A DNA stretch of 64,000 nt, taken from positions 29,642,932 through 29,706,931 of the forward strand of contig OZ316892.1 in assembly GCA_973895155.1 (NCBI GenBank), written 5' to 3'. The DNA comes from Marsupella aquatica (taxonomy: Eukaryota > Plantae > Marchantiophyta). Under the pieces are notes generated by a model. It was not told where the DNA came from, ran no database searches, and saw only the letters and a list, made by a program, of their open reading frames with translations. The position numbers and the translations under genes are program-made. Below, piece by piece: positions 41,044 to 53,237 of this stretch (position 1 is its first letter; every line of letters starts with the position of its first letter).

Positions 41044-41480
41044 GTGCAACGCACGGGTTATTAACACAGGCACAACAAGTGCATGGTCAGGATCACACAG
41101 AACATGCCTCAACAATCACATTGCAAAGTTTATAAATTTTTGTCTTGCCTTGAAAGCTTTGCCTAACCTTTACATATTTATCGCTCCTTAACATCTTTAT
41201 CTTGCTTTTACATCTTTTTCTCACATTGACATCTTTATGTCACTCCCAATCTCACTATGACATTTTTTTTCTCACTCTCGACATATTTTCTCTCCTGTTC
41301 ACCTTTTTCTCTCCAGATCTTTTTTACGTGGATTGACATCTCTTCCTCACCTTGACATTTTTTCTCGTCTTGATATCTTATCTTTTTCTCATCTCGCCAT
41401 CTTTTTCTCCCTTTGACATCTTTATCTCACCACCATATGTTTCCCTCTCCCTCAACATCATTTCTCTGTGTGACATCTAT
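41044..41480 (+). mobile_element. Degenerate fragments of the 18840-20668 Helitron family
   Basis: GTGCAACGCACGGG at 41044, followed by the reverse complement of the same minisatellite (ttgacatctttttctc). Confidence 0.5.
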
Positions 41481-42212
41481 TTTCCTTTTAAACCTTAAGA
41501 CTCCCCGCCCCCCTTTCCCTTTCATTCATTAGGCTTTGCACTACCTTATTGACTATGTGATATTTGCTATTAAACTACTATTACTAGGACAATGATGCAA
41601 TACCCTATGGAGTAAGTAGCAATTGCATGGATGGTAGAGAGAGGAACACTTCCTGCCCATGGATGGTACAGACTTGATTTTCCTGTTGTAGCCCTTTCTC
41701 TTATTGCTTGAAAAACCGTTCATTCACTTTTTCATTCACACAAAATATAATCCTCTTTCGTTGTATTTCTTCCAATTTTTCCAGTTTCATGTTTTCTCAC
41801 CCAAAACACCCTGCCAAATTTGAAAGATGACCAGTGTATAAAAGGGGGCAACGTTCTCCCTGCCAATTGAAAGATGACCAGTGTATAAAAGGGGGCAACA
41901 TTCCTTTGCTCAAATAACTAAGAAGGTTGGGTGAATTGTGCAGTTACCTTTGGGTCATCGAGTGGCTCCGGAAATCCTAAATCACACGAGGTTTGAAGTG
42001 GCCCCACTATTATAGTTTTTGACTAGTGGCGCACTTTGGGTGCTTACTCTCCATTCACTAATGATGATTCTAATTAGTGCTTATCAGTCAGCTTAATAGT
42101 GGGAGTTCCTAGATCTTCCAACATACACTTGTCCTTTCTTTGAAGGAATTTTGGCACCACTCCAAATTAACACGGTTAACAGCCAAATCGGATGAAACAG
42201 CCCTCAACAATA

Positions 42213-42532
42213 GGGCGTCTCAAATATAGGGCGTTTGAGTAATTTTCCACGCCCCGGAGTATCAGTGCCCGGGCCTCCGGACAGGACTGGTCGGGCACCG
42301 ATTGTGGTGCCCGACCAGTCACGCCCGGGAAAGCTCCGCCCGACCGGGATTACAAAAAACGAACAAGGAACTAAATGTTAACGAACAATAGGCCATTGGC
42401 ATTTACACCCGCGACTCGTGTCATAATTCCGTACTCAAAAAAATGTTGGCCCGCATCAACCCTCTCGCGGTGCGCCCGAGTGCGTCTCGGGCCGCCCGTG
42501 AATGAAGTTTTTTTCTCATGTATGAGACGCCC
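42213..42532. mobile_element. GC-rich MITE with internal hairpin
   Basis: TA|GGGCGTCTCA ... TGAGACGCCC|TA termini; perfect 15-bp stem at 42285-42320. Confidence 0.6.
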
Positions 42533-44292
42533 TAATGAAGCCCTCAGCACTTGCGAAATGACCGGGAAATGGGAATCTCATTTGACAAGAGTATCTGCTG
42601 CAATCTGCTTCCCAACAAATCTGCTTCAGGAGCAGTGTCAAATTGTTCTACTCTCAAGGCAGAGGTTGGGACTTCAAAAGCAGGAAAGTGTCCGGCCTTC
42701 GCCATTGGGTCTCAAACGTGGACTACAGGAGTACATTGTCAATTTGTTCTACTCTCAAGGTAGAGTTTGGGACTTCAAAATTAAGCAGGAAAGTTTCCTG
42801 CCTTTGCCTTGGGGTCTCAAAAGGGCAAAGGGTCTCAAAAAGAGATGCCGTTAGGCTGGCCTGAAGAGAGGCTTTGATGCATGAAAGTCTCGCCAAATGA
42901 TAGGATGAAATTCATATGCATCAGTATATTGAGGGTTGGTTCCTTGGGTTCGGTAAAGAGATGCATTTAAGATGAATTTTGAGAAGCTTGATGTCGCACC
43001 TAATGATATCATGACATCAGTTATTTTGAGGGCTGCAAAATAAAAGGTAGACCACATGGGAGCTGGCTCTAGAACAGAAGACTCTTAAACAAGAAGTCAT
43101 CAGGGGGCTGACGGTATGAGGAACAATGGGGCCTGCGGCCATTGTCTTGGGCTCCATGGACATATCTGTGAAATGGGGTCTGCGAATCCCATTTTTCCTC
43201 TCGCAGCCATATTTCTTTGTATCCCTGCATTCAACCGTGAAACAAGAGTTTGTCCCACTCCCATTCGCACCGGCATGAATGTGTGTAATATGGTCGACTC
43301 TGGGTTCGGGACCGTTTTTAATGCTTATAGACAATTTGACAGTATACACCAACGACGATTCCCCCGCCGCACGTATGTAATATCACAATGCCAGTAGTAA
43401 GATCGAGCATTCGGTTCCGTAACTACCAGGATGGACCATCCTTAGCGACATAGTTCACGGTGGAGGAAATGGTCCTCTATATGTCAGGATGTAAGTTGTT
43501 AGCGACATTTGTTCAAATGGAATTTACTTCAATGGAGCACACCGATCCAAAGCATCGTAAGTCCGTGGACGACTTGTGCAATGTCTGGAATGGCCGTCTA
43601 CACCAGCGACATTGAATTGGCCAAACCGATTGAAGACGTCAATAGCAGGAAAATTCGAGAATGATTGAAAGAGATCCGTTCACACCGATAAAACAAGTAT
43701 CTGAAGCCCGTGGATGACTTGTGCAATGTCCGGCAAAGAAACATGTACTACGACGTACTAAATTAGTACAGGGATTATGGCGGAACTGATTCCAAACGTC
43801 AATTCAAGAAGCAAATCCGACAAAGGATACACAGAGAGGAAACTCAGAGAAACTGATCCAGGATGCTCCATTTATTTAAAATCAGACTGTCAACAATCAA
43901 CCGCTCTCTCAACAAAAAGTAGCCGAGTCTTCGCTACGTGCTCCCCCCCTAAATACGCAGAGTACTTTACGTGCCTCGTCAAATCCAAATCATGGCAAAG
44001 CCAAGAAAATGCTCCATCTTGAACACTTCTTCTAGGAAATGGAAATGGAAGGCAGGTGGGTGGCATGCAGACATGCTGGTTGCAGCTGTAATCTATGTCC
44101 CGATGGATGTACGTCTTGACATCCGTTATTAATACCAAGGAACCCTTCCTCTTATGTCGCTTCTCTGCAATTGTGCATGCATTCACATCCGCTCACGATC
44201 GAAGTACGCTTGAAATCTCAAATTAGCAAGGAGCCCTTCCTCTCGCGTAGCTTCTCTTCAATTGTGCATGCATTCACCTCCGCTTCGACCAC

Positions 44293-44800
44293 TTACTTCT
44301 TGGGTGCAGTGTACCGACTTGCACCCTGTCCATCGTTGTAGTACTTGCTCCCACTCGGATTCGAGTAGTAATAGCTGCCATTGGAATTGGAGTAGTGGTA
44401 AGTATTGGTGTTCGGGGCTGCAGGCTGGGAGCCGGAGTAGTCTCGTGCGCAGTAGTGGTTGCCCTGCATGCCAACATACGTGATCAGCCAGAGAGATAGA
44501 GGGCCAGACGTGACGAACGGCATGCGGAGAGAATGCGAAGCGACAAAAGCGAGAGAAAGCGTCGAGGATGAAAAAGCGAACTATGCAGCCAGAAGCTTCA
44601 TTCACAGACAAAACCAACGCGAGAAAGGGCATGCAGAGAGAAAGCGAAGCGGAAAAGCGAAATAAAAGCGTGGGGCACGAGAAAGTTCCAAGAATGGGGT
44701 CACGAACCTCAGTATTCACACCAGAGCTCTTGTATGAGAATTCTGCGCCAGTGCTGCCCTTCGACGCTCCGCCGGTGGACTTCGATTCTTGGGACGCCAT
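44293..44800 (-). CDS. 87-aa Tyr/Ser/Asn/Gly-rich small protein (exons 44800-44708, 44463-44293)
   Basis: A phase-0 intron GAG|GTTCGT...GCTGAT...TGCAG|GGC joins MASQ...FSYKSSGVNTE to GNHYCARDYSGSQPAAPNTNTYHYSNSNGSYYYSNPSGSKYYNDGQGASRYTAPKK. Confidence 0.8.
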
Positions 44801-47605
44801 GTTGGAGCAGTTGAGAGTGCGCCGACGATCAAAAGCCCAATTGACACTTGTGATCTTACTTCTTCGCTAGCTAGTCGCTACAGGGATTGGAATGCCGTGA
44901 ATGTGATAAAATAAATGCGTTCTGAAGCTCAATTTATGTTGAAGTCGAGCTTCTCGAGGAAGCAAGTGATCGAGCAAAAGGAGAATGGTGGGGTCGGGAA
45001 TAGCTGAGGGAATGAGGGGTACGACGGCTACCGCCAGATCCGTGATCCTGCGATGGCGGGAGTCGTCGTCTATAACGGGAGCCCCCATTTGTGGGGATTA
45101 TTTTTATTCCTTTTTTAATGGTTTCACCAATCAGATAGCGCCGTGCTTTTAATTCTTGTAATGTCCCCATTCGCCGGGATTTATTTAACTGTTTTTAACC
45201 AATCAGGTAATGCAGTCTTTTTATCCTTTTTTAAGCAGGGATAGAGCGCCCCAGTGCCCCACTGCCCAAGGTGATGATGGACGCAAGGAACAATGAGATA
45301 CTGCCACATGAGAGTCGTGACAAAGTCATTAAAAATTAAGGGGAGATCATTTTTCAAATTGGGTTTTATTAAATTACCTTGAAAGTTGTCTAAGTGCAGC
45401 CTGTATAAGTGCATTTTGTGGATAAATGCAAACTGATAATACAATTCTCTAAAATTATAGCGAGTTCTTTTGTAAATGCCCCCAAAACTGCAGTTTGCAT
45501 AAGTGAATTTTGACACTCATATATGATAAAATGTTGGCAATGAAAGACTAAAACATAAGTGCATTTCCATCTATAAGCATGCCTTCATCATTGACTCAAT
45601 GCATCCATAAGAAACAGTATTAATAAGTGTAGCAAACAAGTACATAAGATAATTTCATTCACTTATTTAATTGAACCATGCACTATGAGGGCTAGGGTTA
45701 CGAGGAGTCAGGAGACTATGTGTGACCTGACAAGGGGCTGACAACACAAGAGGGAATTAAATACATAAGCCATTTCCCATACACTTATTAGATAGTGTAG
45801 ACCATGCGAATATGGATAAGACTAGTGCATAAAAGATATCGTGTGCACTTAGAGCACAGTGTATTTCAAGGATAAGTGCTGGCTGGTGGCGTCTTCCAAG
45901 GAGCCTGTATTTAGACATGGTTCATTGTACCACTTTTGTGTGTCACATCATCACTTTTAGATTAACTAATATGAGTAGTCCAATGTCCATGGGTTGCATA
46001 GTTTTTGTTAGGAACTGGGGTTCTTGTGACCAGGCATGTTATCATTGTGAAAGTGTCATTGTTTTAGTCATGTCACCAAGAGGTAAACAAAAAGTGAGAA
46101 GAAATTAGTGCCTAATTGATACAAAAAGTTTCATTTCCAAAGATGAGTTGAACAACAAAGATTTATCAAAGCAGAATACACTAACATTGTTCAAAGAAGA
46201 GTTTGACAAACTACCATAATCAATGTTCAGTTCTCTTTGTGTCATTTTCACTAGGAGCTGCGGAAGGCAAGATTTTGGTAATATTTTAGCCAATTTTCAG
46301 GGTCTGGGTGAAGGGGATTGCACTATGGTACAATCATGGTCAAATGAAACTCACCTTAGGATAATTTTCCTCTACACTCTAAATCAACTTCATCAAGAAG
46401 AAAGTTAAAAGTGTATATTGTATTCTAAGTACAAATCAGTAACAGAAAACCCACCCTGAAAATAGGATAGCCGACTTTTTGCATTTTATTTGCTTGGCTA
46501 GTTGAACCCTTACTAAGTCTCATTAAGGCTTTAGTATGAAGGTATACAGTAGGGGATTTTTCAACAAGCCTTAGAAATGCTCTTCCCATGCCCGTTCGGA
46601 TGAATATAAAGCCCGGATGGATTAAGTGGTTTGGTTTGGCCATCCCCATGGACTCCATAAGTCATCAGCCAGTTTATCTCAAAACAAAAAGGGGCTGGAA
46701 TCCTTTGGGATGAAATTTTGGGAAGGATTGTTCACCTTTGTGACTGATTCTCCAAATAGTTTTCTTGTGCCCTGACCAACTGTAAACGTTTTTGGGTGGA
46801 CTCATCCAATTAGTTGAACAATCTTCCGGACTATACTTAAACTCAAATTGTTTCAGCATGTTATTTGATGCCCAATCTAACCTAACAAAGCTGGACACTT
46901 TTCTGACTGAGACCATCTGCTTCATTTGATGAACCTGGAGATACTCAAAGATTGCAAGTCAGCTGAAAATGGACTCCTCACTTTTGCAAATGCCTTGAGT
47001 AGTTTAGGCATGAGGAGCCAATGAAAACTTTTCCAAAAGTAATTTGGACATGAGCAACAAAGCGATGACCACCAGACCACTGCATCTAAAACCCATGACA
47101 CAAAATTTTTGTTGGCGCTCAACATCACCAATCCTAAACTCAAAACTCCTATGAGGACATCATCCATAATGTACTCACAAAAGGACAATAGGAGACTGAG
47201 TTAGTGCAACTAAATAAAACTGCGTATGTTTGCTCTAGATTGGAATGGCACCGAAGCCACGCATCAACATGGTCAGTCCGAATAGGAAAACTGTGCAGTT
47301 TCTTCATTTACAAGTGCATCCTATGCAGATCAGGATCATGCAGAAGAGGGGGTTTAGGCATTTACTTGACTGGACCCCAAAATGAATTAAAGGACCCCTA
47401 AAGTTTTGGATACATGGATTCAAGGTTGATTCAAGGTCAATCAACTTTCTGGATCAATCAGGGGTCCGATCAAGTAACACTTTTCATTTTGGGTCCCATC
47501 AAGAAAATCACACATGTCAACAAAGTTTGGAGAGGGCTAATCAAATTTTTTTTTTATCAAAGGAGAGTGTATTAAGCAAATCCCTAGAGTTTTCAGACTC
47601 CACCT

Positions 47606-48095
47606 TAGGTCCATCCTGGTGTTTTGTATCCTCCTACGGTCCAGGGTAGTCAAATGAGAATTTGTTCCCTAGGTCCATCCTGGTGTTTTGTATCCTCTGA
47701 CGGTCCAGGGTAGTCAGAGGAAAATTAGTTCCCTAGGTCCATCCTGGTGTTTTGTATCAACTTATGGTCCAGGGTAGTCAAAGGAGAATTAGTTCCCTCG
47801 GTCCATCCTGGTGTTTTGTATCCACTTACGGTCCATCCTGGTGTTTTGTATCCACTTACGGTCCAGGGTAGTCAAAGGAGAATTAGTTCCCTAGGTCCAT
47901 CCTGTTGTGTTGTATCCTCTTACGGTCCAGGGTAGTCAGAGGAAAATTAGTTCCCTAGGTCCATCCTGGTGTTTTGTATCCTCTTACAGTCGAGGGTAGT
48001 CAAGGAAAAATTAGTTTGTCCCTTTGAATTACTTCCCTAGGTCCATCCTGGTGTTTTGTGTCCTCTTACGGTACATGGTAGTCAAAGGAAAACTA
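47606..48095. repeat. 64-bp tandem repeat
   Basis: taggtccatcctggtgttttgtatcc...ggtccagggtagtca at 47606, 47670, 47734 and onward, about 7 copies. Confidence 0.9.
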
Positions 48096-48329
48096 GTTTG
48101 TCCATTTTGAGGTCATCGTAGCCGAACATCAAATTCTCGCGTACTGTGAATTTCTTTTGCTCGTCCAGGATTTCTCCGATTCCTTCATCACATCAGGCAG
48201 GATGTCCACATTTGCGACCCAGAGCTCTGCTGTGCCTTCGAACTCCATCAATGGTAAACCCAAGCTCTTTTCCTCGAAACCATGTCGTTGTGGTACTGCG
48301 TGTTTGCTGCACAAATCAATGCAAGCGTT

Positions 48330-48550
48330 GTTTGTTTGTTTGATTGTTTGATAAATATGCATTTTTGGACTGTTTGATTGTTTGAGGAAGCTGTATTTTT
48401 GGACTTGTTGATTGTTTGAGGAAGCTGCATTTCTGGACTGTTTGATTGTTTGAGGCAGCTGGATTTTTGGACTGTTTGATTGTTTGAGGAAGCTGCATTT
48501 TTGGACTGTTTGATTGGTTGATGAGGCTGCATTGCATGATTGTTTGAGAA
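48330..48550. repeat. 34-bp tandem repeat
   Basis: ttttggactgtttgattgtttgaggaagctgcat, about 5 copies. Confidence 0.9.
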
Positions 48551-49962
48551 ATTTGAAATGTTCGAGCTTTCGATTGCTTGGGTTGCGGGTTTAAGAGCCC
48601 TAGAATGAATGAACAAACGCACTTCTCAGCTGAGGATCTGCTCCTTTGCATCGGTGAAGTCTGCGTGGACTATGGTCTTTCAATTGTTGGGTGAGGGAGA
48701 GAAATGACGGCATTCACGAATGAGATATTCGGCAAGCCAGCCGTCCGCGATTGATTGCAAAGCAGAAAACTTGATTTGATCCAATTGGAGTCTGTCGGAT
48801 GATGGACGCTAGAAACTTTCAGTCACAAGACAAGCGCTCTACACAAATTCGTCCTCCGCAAGGTCATCCTATTCTCCTTCCGTCGCGCAGAGCGGGGCAG
48901 AATACCCTGAACAATGGTGGGACATAGCAGAATTTTGTCTGGGATCCTGCCTCTCCTCTACTCCCCTTCTTCTGCTCCTCTGCCCTGTCGTTCGATTCCA
49001 GCTGTGGAATCAAACTTGAATGCAGGTGGAGTTGGTGGCTGCAGGAAATGATTTTGAAATCACCGAGAAATACTTCGGAGATGCTGCGGACCACGGTCCC
49101 ACTACCTGATGACACTTCGGCAGCTTGTCAACAGACGGACGAGTTTCTCCTTGCAGATCTAGGCAGTTATGCCCCATAATGAGAGTTGTGAGTGCCCCTC
49201 TTGCCGACGAGGAAATAGTTGAGATCACCTTTTTTCTCTCCTTGAATGGTGTACATCAAATTTCCCGTCTAATGAGCTAAGTTGACTTTTGAAACTGAAA
49301 TGATCATGTTTGGTGAGCAAAAATGTCGTTGAATCTGAATAGACATGAAGCTACACTATTCCGAGAAGACACAAATTTAGTCCACATTTTTTTCCCTTTC
49401 ATACTGGAGATGGTACGCGAAAAGAGTTGGTTAAAGTCGCAGAGCAATGTTGCTGCTTATCATTCCTGCGAATAATTTCAGGCTCAATGCTGCTTGCAAA
49501 TGGGACACTGGGTGCTTTACCAATCCGTATGATTAGCTAGCGGATGCTTCAACCTTGAAGAGAAATATTGCGGAAGGAGTGGGAATCATGGTTCGAAAAT
49601 TGACTGGATGCGATTTCCTCGATCTTTACTCATCTTTCGTCCAGATAACTATATTTTCTTCTCAGCCACGTTACAGCTTAAAATGACAAATTCCTCCTCA
49701 GAAAGTCAACGAGAATGTCATACACCTCGGTTTGTGTTAGTTGAAGTCGGTAGACCAAAAAGAACGTGGTTCGTTTCTCTCCTCCTGAAACAAAAGGAAG
49801 AAGGAAAGTTTGCACTTTATACTAATGGAAGATAAAGCTGGACGAACAAATTCACTGACCTAATTCGCTGACCTGTGAAGGTCAATGGCGTTTTGCATAT
49901 ATTTTTTGGGGATTATGGCAAAGCATTTGCTAAAGAGGTGAGAGGGCAGAGAAGAAGGTTCG

Positions 49963-52900
49963 ATGATGGCTACTGTGCAGGGAGCATCTACAAGATCTAC
50001 AAGATGGCACGTTGTGCAGATCCTTGGCGAGGAAGTACTAGAGCCAACCACAGGTTTGTGCCCTACTGCCTTACTGCTCACAATCTTCACTCAGGTTCTA
50101 TTTTGATGCTAGAAGTAATAAATAGATTAATGTCATTCAGACTCTTACTCTGGGTGCGCCAAAATTGGGCTCAATGTTCGTCTCAGTATGCGTCACGGTC
50201 CCGCACTACGACCTCGCAGTAAGGGGCTTAGTGGCACAATCTGAACCTCGGCTTCTTCCTGACCTATGAGAACGAATTATTTCAGCAGTAAATGTCCTAG
50301 CAGCCAAGATCGATGTGAAGACTGCTAACACCCTCATCCGGTAAGTGCATTTTTCCGGAGCCCACTTTCTAACGTCCATTACCCTTTAGGAATTTCATCT
50401 CTTCAGAATTGTTGGGAGTAAAGGAAATCCTCCTGATAGAAGCTCTCTTGATTGTTTGCAACTCCCGTCAAGAAAGCACCTTGAAATAGATATAGACTGC
50501 AATTGTTCTGGAAGGATAACTACTAAGCTAAACAGTACATCTCTGGCAGGGAGCTCAACTCTAAGGCGCCTCTGCTAACGCTGAGTCATGTGAAGCGGGT
50601 GCAACGATCCAAGAAAGAAGGTTATAGCAGCACTTAGCTTGCATCTTGAACATCGCAACTTATCAGTAACAGAAGAGAAATTCAATGCTTGCTTTGTGCA
50701 TTGCTTGTAGGTACATTGGAATTATCTATCATTCTCTGCACGAGGGACAAAGTTGAAGTTGCTGACAAGATTGTCCTTCCAAGTGAAGTATCGGAAATCG
50801 TGGCCAGATATGGCTTGCAACCTTTCACGGCTGCTGTAAGTTGATGACGGGGTTGATGAACTGAAAATGCGCCACAACAATGATACCTTTGTGTGTTAAC
50901 AGGGCTTCACCAATGGAATTTCAAGCAGGATAATTGCAAACACATTCATAGCGCTCACATTAGGTAGTCAGAGGATGTTGGATGCCCGGAAGCGAAGTTT
51001 TCGTGAATGATGCACCATTGTGCAACTGCAATTCAATTTGCAGATCTGTATGGTGTAAAGTTTGGTTCAATAGGTCCTGAAGCCTGTACAAAAAGCTGAT
51101 CCTTGGATGAAAATAATATTCAAAGTCATCACTGTGAAAGTGACGAATGGATTCTTCATTATTATGTTTTGTTCAAACAAATTCTCTAACTGAACACTTT
51201 TTTAATTCCTCATGAACTTGTTCCTAATGACACAGTATTTTAGTAGAGCGTGGTCGACAGGGTTTTTATCGATTTTTCTTTAGGAGTTCTCTACTGAGTT
51301 GGTTGTGGGTTGCAAATGTCAGGTTTCAGGGCAACCTGCAAGAAGTAGGGAAGAGTGGGAGATGCAGTGTCAACTGTGGCCGACCTCCTTTCATCCAAAT
51401 GCCGGGTAATTAGATCTACAGGGGCCAAGTTGTTAGAAGCTCGCAAATTCCTTACAAAAGCGTGAGAGGGTAAATTGCTGCCATTGATTATCAAAGATTT
51501 GATATGATTAGTTAGAGAGGACACCTGACATCTAACTTCCGACCAGCTTGACACGGAGGATTAGATAAAGAAGTAACTGCGCAGTCATCCGACGACAGAA
51601 GCCCAATTTCAATCTTTTGAGACCTTGAGGCAAGTAGATGGTCACTGTCGAAAGACTCACATCATTGTCGATTGCAGGAAATCTGGAGCAAATGCCGCAA
51701 TCAGTCAAGCTGATGCAGACACGATGTGCTACTTCATGGAGAAAGCTGTAGAGGAAGCAAGAACAGCACGTCAACATGGCCAGGTGAGGGCCATATGCAT
51801 CGTAACTCAATCCAGTGACGTGAGCAAGCCCTAGTCCATAACGTTTAAACAGTGCGCTCTCTACTCATCGACAGTTCATGCTATGGTAAGGATCTGACTG
51901 AGATGTAAGCCAATTAGTTTAATGGAAGTCTGGCGTTGTGCGCTAATATGGACTCCTTACTGTCCATATTCCTTACCTGCATCCTTCTGTCTTCTACAGT
52001 TTGCAAATGGTGCGATCATTGTGGATCCTGCATTGGGGGCAATTGTTGCCAGAGGCTGTGATGGAACTGCTGCATGGTGTGGATCTCTCTACAGCGGGTC
52101 GCATTGTTGCCCGGCATCTCAAAGTGAAGAGAAATCACTTACTGATGGATGGCATCCCCTTCAGCATGCAGTCATGGACGCAATCCAGATTGCTGCTGAG
52201 AGGGATAAAAGACTATGGCCAGCTGATGCTAAGGCAATTCAAGGGAATAGAGGAGGCAACCATTCTTCCTTTGTGTTGACTCATAAACGACGAAGGAGCT
52301 CTGAAGATGTAAGTGACCTTCGTCTAGGGCTTGACCTACACCGAAGTGTCGATCCTTGTTGGATTTATTTCTGAAAGGTTTGCCTCCAATTATCCCGTGT
52401 GGGCATCTAGCTCGGGATCTGATTTGCCAAAGTATCTGAAATTGTCAAAGTCTTCAGCATATGTTACTAAATTCAAATTACTGCACTTTAGACAGCCTCT
52501 CTACGTTCATTCTCAGCGTTTTTGGTCCTCGACTAGAAGTCCGACAATAAGAATTAAAAAGACTAAATTCATTTTTGAGTGGCAGCGATTGCCAGTATCT
52601 TCGTTGAACAAGCGTAAGTAATTTTCTTGGTATTGCTATTCGTCTTTCTAATTGGCGAAAATTTCATGTAGGCACGGATGTGTTAGGATTTTTTCATGCA
52701 GGGTTCAGTTTACAAGAAGGCTTCTGAATTTTTCCATTTTTTTGCAGATAGAGGCGGGTAGTTTAGTGGTTAGAGCAGATATCTCTCTCTCTCGGCAGCA
52801 TCCAGAACTGCCAGGAGAGGCACCATCATTTGAGATTTTCCGGCCATATCTTTGCACCAATTTTGATCTATATGTCACACGGGAACCATGTACAATGTAA

Positions 52901-53237
52901 GACTTTTACACTGCTTGCCTTCTTTGAATGCCTCTACAGTTACAATCCAATTAATAGTGAAGCCCTTCGATGTGTTGTCTTTTTGTTCAAGAATTTTCTT
53001 GTATTTTTTCTACAGCTGCCAATGCTTCGGTCATCTTGTATGCGTCGTCTAACTTGCAACAATCTGAACAGGTGTGCAATGGCAATGGTCCACCAGAGAA
53101 TAAGAAGAGTGATTTACGGGATTCCAAATGCCATCGTTGGTGCTCTAGGAAGTCGATACAAATTGCACGGTCTACCTAGCCTGAATCATCATTACACAGT
53201 GTTCCAGATTTCTCTAAATGAAGCAGACCTATTATAG
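49963..53237 (+). CDS. TAD3: tRNA-specific adenosine deaminase subunit TAD3/ADAT3 (exons 49963-50053, 50289-50340, 50550-50620, 50711-50835, 51323-51405, 51678-51783, 52000-52308, 52748-52896, 53072-53237)
   Basis: Spliced in frame across GT-AG introns: LSHVKRV, EEWEMQCQLWPTSFHP, NGAIIVDP, HPLQHAVM (HAV instead of catalytic HAE), YLCT..DLYVTREPCTMCAMAMVHQR, LNHHY. Confidence 0.93.

Noticed and set aside
44258-44800. 180-aa unspliced ORF at the microprotein locus
   Set aside because: It reads through the intron into a different frame; the spliced 87-aa model has canonical sites and a coherent sequence.
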